A stretch of 64,000 nt of DNA. It comes from Auanema rhodensis. Taxonomy: Eukaryota > Animalia > Nematoda. The stretch lies in NCBI GenBank assembly GCA_964057225.1, contig OZ059900.1, positions 16,678,001 through 16,742,000 of the forward strand. Reading direction: 5' to 3'. A program made the translations under genes and the position numbers. The notes under the pieces are model-generated. The model worked only from the letters and a program-made list of their open reading frames with translations, did not search any database and was not told the origin of the DNA. Shown one piece after another: positions 1 through 9,158 of the stretch (the stretch's first letter is position 1; every line of letters starts with the position of its first letter).

Positions 1-47
1 TTGATTAAATCGATTTTTGTTCATATGAGTCGTCAAATGCAACGAAT

Positions 48-90
48 TTCAGCGTGTTACATACTAAAATGAAGCATTTTACATGCTGAA
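48..90. other. Bulged inverted repeat in each monomer (potential hairpin/cruciform)
   Basis: TTCAGCGTGT(48-57)+AAAATG(66-71) pairs with CATTTT(75-80)+ACATGCTGAA(81-90): 15/16 Watson-Crick pairs plus one G-T, 3-nt loop AAG, 8-nt bulge TACATACT (58-65). Confidence 0.85.
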
Positions 91-164
91 CACTAGAAAA
101 ATACAAAAACACAGTATTTCCCATGAGAAATATTTTATTATGCTGGAAAACCAGTTTTTGGAAA

Positions 165-181
165 TTTCGCTGTAAACAAGG
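165..181 (+). other. CENP-B-box-like 17-mer (degenerate), one per monomer
   Basis: TTTCGCTGTAAACAAGG vs human CTTCGTTGGAAACGGGA: 11/17 identical and 7 of 9 core positions (TTCG....A..C..G); the core CGGG is CAAG here. Confidence 0.3.
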
Positions 182-3100
182 TTTTGACTTACGATTTCAT
201 GTGTTCAAACTCATGCAATGTCAATGAAACCTAGCTCAAAATTGTTCGTACAACGTCTAGTTCCACTTTCACGACAAAAAAACAGGGGTTAGAAAATTAA
301 GGAAATTAGCATATTCTGAGGGCACGCCCCTTATGGCTAATATTGATTAAATCGATTTTTGTTCATATGAGTCGTCAAATGCAACGAATTTCAGCGTGTT
401 ACATACTAAAATGAAGCATTTTACATGCTGAACACTAGAAAAATACAAAAACACAGTATTTCCCATGAGAAATATTTTATTATGCTGGAAAACCAGTTTT
501 TGGAAATTTCGCTGTAAACAAGGTTTTGACTTACGATTTCATGTGTTCAAACTCATGCAATGTCAATGAAACCTAGCTCAAAATTGTTCGTACAACGTCT
601 AGTTCCACTTTCACGACAAAAAAACAGGGGTTAGAAAATTAAGGAAATTAGCATATTCTGAGGGCACGCCCCTTATGGCTAATATTGATTAAATCGATTT
701 TTGTTCATATGAGTCGTCAAATGCAACGAATTTCAGCGTGTTACATACTAAAATGAAGCATTTTACATGCTGAACACTAGAAAAATACAAAAACACAGTA
801 TTTCAAATGAGAAATATTTTATTATGCTGGAAAACCAGTTTTTGGAAATTTCGCTGTAAACAAGGTTTTGACTTACGATTTCATGTGTTCAAACTCATGC
901 AATGTCAATGAAACCTAGCTCAAAATTGTTCGTACAACGTCTAGTTCCACTTTCACGACAAAAAAACAGGGGTTAGAAAATTAAGGAAATTAGCATATTC
1001 TGAGGGCACGCCCCTTATGGCTAATATTGATTAAATCGATTTTTGTTCATATGAGTCGTCAAATGCAACGAATTTCAGCGTGTTACAAACTAAAATGAAG
1101 CATTTTACATGCTGAACACTAGAAAAATACAAAAACACAGTATTCCCCATGAGAAATATTTTATTATGCTGGAAAACCAGTTTTTGGAAATTTCGCTGTA
1201 AACAAGGTTTTGACTTACGATTTCATGTGTTCAAACTCATGCAATGTCAATGAAACCTAGCTCAAAAATGTTCGTACAACGTCTAGTTCCACTTTCACGA
1301 CAAAAAAACAGGGGTTAGAAAATTAAGGAAATTAGCATATTCTGAGGGCACGCCCCTTATGGCTAATATTGATTAAATCGATTTTTGTTCATATGAGTCG
1401 TCAAATGCAACGAATTTCAGCGTGTTACATACTAAAATGAAGCATTTTACATGCTGAACACTAGAAAAATACAAAAACACAGTATTTCCCATGAGAAATA
1501 TTTTATTATGCTGGAAAACCAGTTTTTGGAAATTTCGCTGTAAACAAGGTTTTGACTTACGATTTCATGTGTTCAAACTCATGCAATGTCAATGAAACCT
1601 AGCTCAAAATTGTTCGTACAACGTCTAGTTCCACTTTCACGACAAAAAAACAGGGGTTAGAAAATTAAGGAAATTAGCATATTCTGAGGGCACGCCCCTT
1701 ATGGCTAATATTGATTAAATCGATTTTTGTTCATATGAGTCGTCAAATGCAACGAATTTCAGCGTGTTACATACTAAAATGAAGCATTTTACATGCTGAA
1801 CACTAGAAAAATACAAAAACACAGTATTTCAAATGAGAAATATTTTATTATGCTGGAAAACCAGTTTTTGGAAATTTCGCTGTAAACAAGGTTTTGACTT
1901 ACGATTTCATGTGTTCAAACTCATGCAATGTCAATGAAACCTAGCTCAAAATTGTTCGTACAACGTCTAGTTCCACTTTCACGACAAAAAAACAGGGGTT
2001 AGAAAATTAAGGAAATTAGCATATTCTGAGGGCACGCCCCTTATGGCTAATATTGATTAAATCGATTTTTGTTCATATGAGTCGTCAAATGCAACGAATT
2101 TCAGCGTGTTACAAACTAAAATGAAGCATTTTACATGCTGAACACTAGAAAAATACAAAAACACAGTGTTTCCCATGAGAAATATTTTATTATGCTGGAA
2201 AACCAGTTTTTGGAAATTTCGCTGTAAACAAGGTTTTGACTTACGATTTCATGTGTTCAAACTCATGCAATGTCAATGAAACCTAGCTCAAAATTGTTCG
2301 TACAACGTCTAGTTCCACTTTCACGACAAAAAAACAGGGGTTAGAAAATTAAGGAAATTAGCATATTCTGAGGGCACGCCCCTCATGGCTAATATTGATT
2401 AAATCGATTTTTGTTCATATGAGTCGTCAAATGCAACGAATTTCAGCGTGTTACATACTAAAATGAAGCATTTTACATGCTGAACACTAGAAAAATACAA
2501 AAACACAGTATTTCCCATGAGAAATATTTTATTATGCTGGAAAACCAGTTTTTGAAAATTTCGCTGTAAACAAAGTTTTGACTTACGATTGCATGTGTTC
2601 AAACTCATGCAATGTCAATGAAACCTAGCTCAAAATTGTTCGTACAACGTCTAGTTCCACTTTCACGACAAAAAAACAGGGGTTAGAAAATTAAGGAAAT
2701 TAGCATATTCTGAGGGCACGCCCCTTATGGCTAATATTGATTAAATCGATTTTTGTTCATATGAGTCGTCAAATGCAACGAATTTCAGCGTGTTACATAC
2801 TAAAATGAAGCATTTTACATGCTGAACACTAGAAAAATACAAAAACACAGTATTTCCCATGAGAAATATTTTATTATGCTGGAAAACCAGTTTTTGGAAA
2901 TTTCGCTGTAAACAAGGTTTTGACTTACGATTTCATGTGTTCAAACTCATGCAATGTCAATGAAACCTAGCTCAAAATTGTTCGTACAACGTCTAGTTCC
3001 ACTTTCACAACAAAAAAACAGGGGTTAGAAAATTAAGGAAATTAGCATATTCTGAGGGCACGCCCCTTATGGCTAATATTGATTAAATCGATTTTTGTTC

Positions 3101-6100
3101 ATATGAGTCGTCAAATGCAACGAATTTCAGCGTGTTACATACTAAAATGAAGCATTTTACATGCTGAACACTAGAAAAATACAAAAACACAGTATTTCCC
3201 ATGAGAAATATTTTATTATGCTGGAAAACCAGTTTTTGGAAATTTCGCTGTAAACAAGGTTTTGACTTACGATTTCATGTGTTCAAACTCATGCAATGTC
3301 AATGAAACCTAGCTCAAAATTGTTCGTACAACGTCTAGTTCCACTTTCACGACAAAAAAACAGGGGTTAGAAAATTAAGGAAATTAGCATATTCTGAGGG
3401 CACGCCCCTTATGGCTAATATTGATTAAATCGATTTTTGTTCATATGAGTCGTCAAATGCAACGAATTTCAGCGTGTTACAAACTAAAATGAAGCATTTT
3501 ACATGCTGAACACTAGAAAAATACAAAAACACAGTGTTTCCCATGAGAAATATTTTATTATGCTGGAAAACCAGTTTTTGGAAATTTCGCTGTAAACAAG
3601 GTTTTGACTTACGATTTCATGTGTTCAAACTCATGCAATGTCAATGAAACCTAGCTCAAAATTGTTCGTACAACGTCTAGTTCCACTTTCACGACAAAAA
3701 AACAGGGGTTAGAAAATTAAGGAAATTAGCATATTCTGAGGGCACGCCCCTCATGGCTAATATTGATTAAATCGATTTTTGTTCATATGAGTCGTCAAAT
3801 GCAACGAATTTCAGCGTGTTACATACTAAAATGAAGCATTTTACATGCTGAACACTAGAAAAATACAAAAACACAGTATTCCCCATGAGAAATATTTTAT
3901 TATGCTGGAAAACCAGTTTTTGGAAATTTCGCTGTAAACAAGGTTTTGACTTACGATTTCATGTGTTCAAACTCATGCAATGTCAATGAAACCTAGCTCA
4001 AAATTGTTCGTACAACGTCTAGTTCCACTTTCACGACAAAAAAACAGGGGTTAGAAAATTAAGGAAATTAGCATATTCTGAGGGCACGCCCCTTATGGCT
4101 AATATTGATTAAATCGATTTTTGTTCATATGAGTCGTCAAATGCAACGAATTTCAGCGTGTTACAAACTAAAATGAAGCATTTTACATGCTGAACACTAG
4201 AAAAATACAAAAACACAGTATTTCCCATGAGAAATATTTTATTATGCTGGAAAACCAGTTTTTGGAAATTTCGCTGTAAACAAGGTTTTGACTTACGATT
4301 TCATGTGTTCAAACTCATGCAATGTCAATGAAACCTAGCTCAAAATTGTTCGTACAACGTCTAGTTCCACTTTCACGACAAAAAAACAGGGGTTAGAAAA
4401 TTAAGGAAATTAGCATATTCTGAGGGCACGCCCCTCATGGCTAATATTGATTAAATCGATTTTTGTTCATATGAGTCGTCAAATGCAACGAATTTCAGCG
4501 TGTTACATACTAAAATGAAGCATTTTACATGCTGAACACTAGAAAAATACAAAAACACAGTATTCCCCATGAGAAATATTTTATTATGCTGGAAAACCAG
4601 TTTTTGGAAATTTCGCTGTAAACAAGGTTTTGACTTACGATTTCATGTGTTCAAACTCATGCAATGTCAATGAAACCTAGCTCAAAATTGTTCGTACAAC
4701 GTCTAGTTCCACTTTCACGACAAAAAAACAGGGGTTAGAAAATTAAGGAAATTAGCATATTCTGAGGGCACGCCCCTTATGGCTAATATTGATTAAATCG
4801 ATTTTTGTTCATATGAGTCGTCAAATGCAACGAATTTCAGCGTGTTACATACTAAAATGAAGCATTTTACATGCTGAACACTAGAAAAATACAAAAACAC
4901 AGTATTTCCCATGAGAAATATTTTATTATGCTGGAAAACCAGTTTTTGGAAATTTCGCTGTAAACAAGGTTTTGACTTACGATTTCATGTGTTCAAACTC
5001 ATGCAATGTCAATGAAACCTAGCTCAAAATTGTTCGTACAACGTCTAGTTCCACTTTCACGACAAAAAAACAGGGGTTAGAAAATTAAGGAAATTAGCAT
5101 ATTCTGAGGGCACGCCCCTTATGGCTAATATTGATTAAATCGATTTTTGTTCATATGAGTCGTCAAATGCAACGAATTTCAGCGTGTTACATACTAAAAT
5201 GAAGCATTTTACATGCTGAACACTAGAAAAATACAAAAACACAGTATTTCCCATGAGAAATATTTTATTATGCTGGAAAACCAGTTTTTGGAAATTTCGC
5301 TGTAAACAAGGTTTTGACTTACGATTTCATGTGTTCAAACTCATGCAATGTCAATGAAACCTAGCTCAAAATTGTTCGTACAACGTCTAGTTCCACTTTC
5401 ACGACAAAAAAACAGGGGTTAGAAAATTAAGGAAATTAGCATATTCTGAGGGCACGCCCCTTATGGCTAATATTGATTAAATCGATTTTTGTTCATATGA
5501 GTCGTCAAATGCAACGAATTTCAGCGTGTTACATACTAAAATGAAGCATTTTACATGCTGAACACTAGAAAAATACAAAAACACAGTATTTCCCATGAGA
5601 AATATTTTATCATGCTGGAAAACCAGTTTTTGGAAATTTCGCTGTAAACAAGGTTTTGACTTACGATTTCATGTGTTCAAACTCATGCAATGTCAATGAA
5701 ACCTAGCTCAAAATTGTTTGTACAACGTCTAGTTCCACTTTCACGACAAAAAAACAAGGGTTAGAAAATTAAGGAAATTAGCATATTCTGAGGGCACGCC
5801 CCTTATGGCTAATATTGATTAAATCGATTTTTGTTCATATGAGTCGTCAAATGCAACGAATTTCAGCGTGTTACATACTAAAATGAAGCATTTTACATGC
5901 TGAACACTAGAAAAATACAAAAACACAGTATTTCCCATGAGAAATATTTTATTATGCTGGAAAACCAGTTTTTGGAAATTTCGCTGTAAACAAGGTTTTG
6001 ACTTACGATTTCATGTGTTCAAACTCATGCAATGTCAATGAAACCTAGCTCAAAATTGTTTGTACAACGTCTAGTTCCACTTTCACGACAAAAAAACAGG

Positions 6101-8892
6101 GGTTAGAAAATTAAGGAAATTAGCATATTCTGAGGGCACGCCCCTTATGGCTAATATTGATTAAATCGATTTTTGTTCATATGAGTCGTCAAATGCAACG
6201 AATTTCAGCGTGTTACACACTAAAATGAAGCATTTCACATGCTGAACACTAGAAGAATACAAAAACACAGTATTTCCCATGAGAAATATTTTATTATGCT
6301 GGAAAACCAGTTTTTGGAAATTTCGCTGTAAACAAGGTTTTGACTTACGATTTCATGTGTTCAAACTCATGCAATGTCAATGAAACCTAGCTCAAAATTG
6401 TTTGTACAACGTCTAGTTCCACTTTCACGACAAAAAAACAGGGGTTAGAAAATTAAGGAAATTAGCATATTCTGAGGGCACGCCCCTTATGGCTAATATT
6501 GATTAAATCGATTTTTGTTCATATGAGTCGTCAAATGCAACGAATTTCAGCGTGTTACACACTAAAATGAAGCATTTCACATGCTGAACACTAGAAGAAT
6601 ACAAAAGCACAGTATTTCCCATGAGAAATATTTTATCATGCTGGAAAACCAGTTTTTGGAAATTTCGCTGTAAACAAGGTTTTGACTTACGATTTCATGT
6701 GTTCAAACTCATGCAATGTCAATGAAACCTAGCTCAAAATTGTTCGTACAACGTCTAGTTCCACTTTCACGACAAAAAAACGGGGGTTAGAAAATTAAGG
6801 AAATTAGCATATTCTGAGGGCACGCCCCTTATGGCTAATATTGATTAAATCGATTTTTGTTCATATGAGTCGTCAAATGCAACGAATTTCAGCGTGTTAC
6901 ACACTAAAATGAAGCATTTCACATGCTGAACACTAGAAGAATACAAAAACACAGTATTTCCCATGAGAAATATTTTATTATGCTGGAAAACCAGTTTGTG
7001 GAAATTTCGCTGTAAACAAGGTTTTGACTTACGATTTCATGTGTTCAAACTCATGCAATGTCAATGAAACCTAGCTCAAAATTGTTTGTACAACGTCTAG
7101 TTCCACTTTCACGACAAAAAAACAAGGGTTAGAAAATTAAGGAAATTAGCATATTCTGAGGGCACGCCCCTTATGGCTAATATTGATTAAATCGATTTTT
7201 GTTCATATGAGTCGTCAAATGCAACGAATTTCAGCGTGTTACATACTAAAATGAAGCATTTTACATGCTGAACACTAGAAAAATACAAAAACACAGTATT
7301 TCCCATGAGAAATATTTTATTATGCTGGAAAACCAGTTTTTGGAAATTTCGCTGTAAACAAGGTTTTGACTTACGATTTCATGTGTTCAAACTCATGCAA
7401 TGTCAATGAAACCTAGCTCAAAATTGTTTGTACAACGTCTAGTTCCACTTTCACGACAAAAAAACAGGGGTTAGAAAATTAAGGAAATTAGCATATTCTG
7501 AGGGCACGCCCCTTATGGCTAATATTGATTAAATCGATTTTTGTTCATATGAGTCGTCAAATGCAACGAATTTCAGCGTGTTACACACTAAAATGAAGCA
7601 TTTCACATGCTGAACACTAGAAGAATACAAAAACACAGTATTTCCCATGAGAAATATTTTATTATGCTGGAAAACCAGTTTTTGGAAATTTCGCTGTAAA
7701 CAAGGTTTTGACTTACGATTTCATGTGTTCAAACTCATGCAATGTCAATGAAACCTAGCTCAAAATTGTTTGTACAACGTCTAGTTCCACTTTCACGACA
7801 AAAAAACAGGGGTTAGAAAATTAAGGAAATTAGCATATTCTGAGGGCACGCCCCTTATGGCTAATATTGATTAAATCGATTTTTGTTCATATGAGTCGTC
7901 AAATGCAACGAATTTCAGCGTGTTACACACTAAAATGAAGCATTTCACATGCTGAACACTAGAAGAATACAAAAACACAGTATTTCCCATGAGAAATATT
8001 TTATCATGCTGGAAAACCAGTTTTTGGAAATTTCGCTGTAAACAAGGTTTTGACTTACGATTTCATGTGTTCAAACTCATGCAATGTCAATGAAACCTAG
8101 CTCAAAATTGTTCGTACAACGTCTAGTTCCACTTTCACGACAAAAAAACGGGGGTTAGAAAATTAAGGAAATTAGCATATTCTGAGGGCACGCCCCTTAT
8201 GGCTAATATTGATTAAATCGATTTTTGTTCATATGAGTCGTCAAATGCAACGAATTTCAGCGTGTTACACACTAAAATGAAGCATTTCACATGCTGAACA
8301 CTAGAAGAATACAAAAACACAGTATTTCCCATGAGAAATATTTTATTATGCTGGAAAACCAGTTTGTGGAAATTTCGCTGTAAACAAGGTTTTGACTTAC
8401 GATTTCATGTGTTCAAACTCATGCAATGTCAATGAAACCTAGCTCAAAATTGTTCGTACAACGTCTAGTTCCACTTTCACGACAAAAAAACAGGGGTTAG
8501 AAAATTAAGGAAATTAGCATATTCTGAGGGCACGCCCCTTATGGCTAATATTGATTAAATCGATTTTTGTTCATATGAGTCGTCAAATGCAACGAATTTC
8601 AGCGTGTTACATACTAAAATGAAGCATTTTACATGCTGAACACTAGAAAAATACAAAAACACAGTATTTCCCATGAGAAATATTTTATCATGCTGGAAAA
8701 CCAGTTTTTGGAAATTTCGCTGTAAACAAGGTTTTGACTTACGATTTCATGTGTTCAAACTCATGCAATGTCAATGAAACCTAGCTCAAAATTGTTTGTA
8801 CAACGTCTAGTTCCACTTTCACGACAAAAAAACAAGGGTTAGAAAATTAAGGAAATTAGCATATTCTGAGGGCACGCCCCTTATGGCTAATA

Positions 8893-9158
8893 TTGATTAA
8901 ATCGATTTTTGTTCATATGAGTCGTCAAATGCAACGAATTTAGAAATATTTTATTATGCTGGAAAACCAGTTTTTGGAAATTTCGCTGTAAACAAGGTTT
9001 TGACTTACGATTTCATGTGTTCAAACTCATGCAATGTCAATGAAACCTAGCTCAAAATTGTTTGTACAACGTCTAGTTCCACTTTCACGACAAAAAAACA
9101 GGGGTTAGAAAATTAAGGAAATTAGCATATTCTGAGGGCACGCCCCTTATGGCTAATA
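8893..9158 (+). repeat. Truncated monomer M27 (266 bp; m50-125 missing)
   Basis: Junction ...GCAACGAATTT|AGAAATATTTT... at 8941/8942; the next monomer starts at 9159. Confidence 0.97.

Larger units (their letters stand above)
1..342 (+). repeat. Consensus-type 342-bp monomer (reference unit; phase arbitrary)
   Basis: Identical by eye to many later monomers (e.g. 343, 1369, 3079, 4789, 5131). 116/342 G+C; many A/T tracts; one ClaI (ATCGAT) and one NdeI (CATATG) site per unit. Confidence 0.97.

Noticed and set aside
285-302. Telomere-like GGGGTTAG...TTAAGG, or a G-quadruplex
   Set aside because: Only a single short match per monomer, not tandem; too few closely spaced G-runs for a canonical G4.
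1-342. Primate alpha-satellite dimer (2 x 171 bp)
   Set aside because: The length fits, but I see no recognisable alpha-satellite sequence and no intact CENP-B box.
1-342. Tandem 5S rRNA, tRNA, snRNA or spliced-leader gene unit
   Set aside because: No recognisable 5S sequence, tRNA cloverleaf, A/B boxes or leader motif on either strand by eye. An Rfam cmscan would be the definitive test.
2399-2608. 69-aa minus-strand ORF
   Set aside because: It lies within one satellite monomer and exists only because private T197G changes a TGA to TGC. No recognisable protein features.
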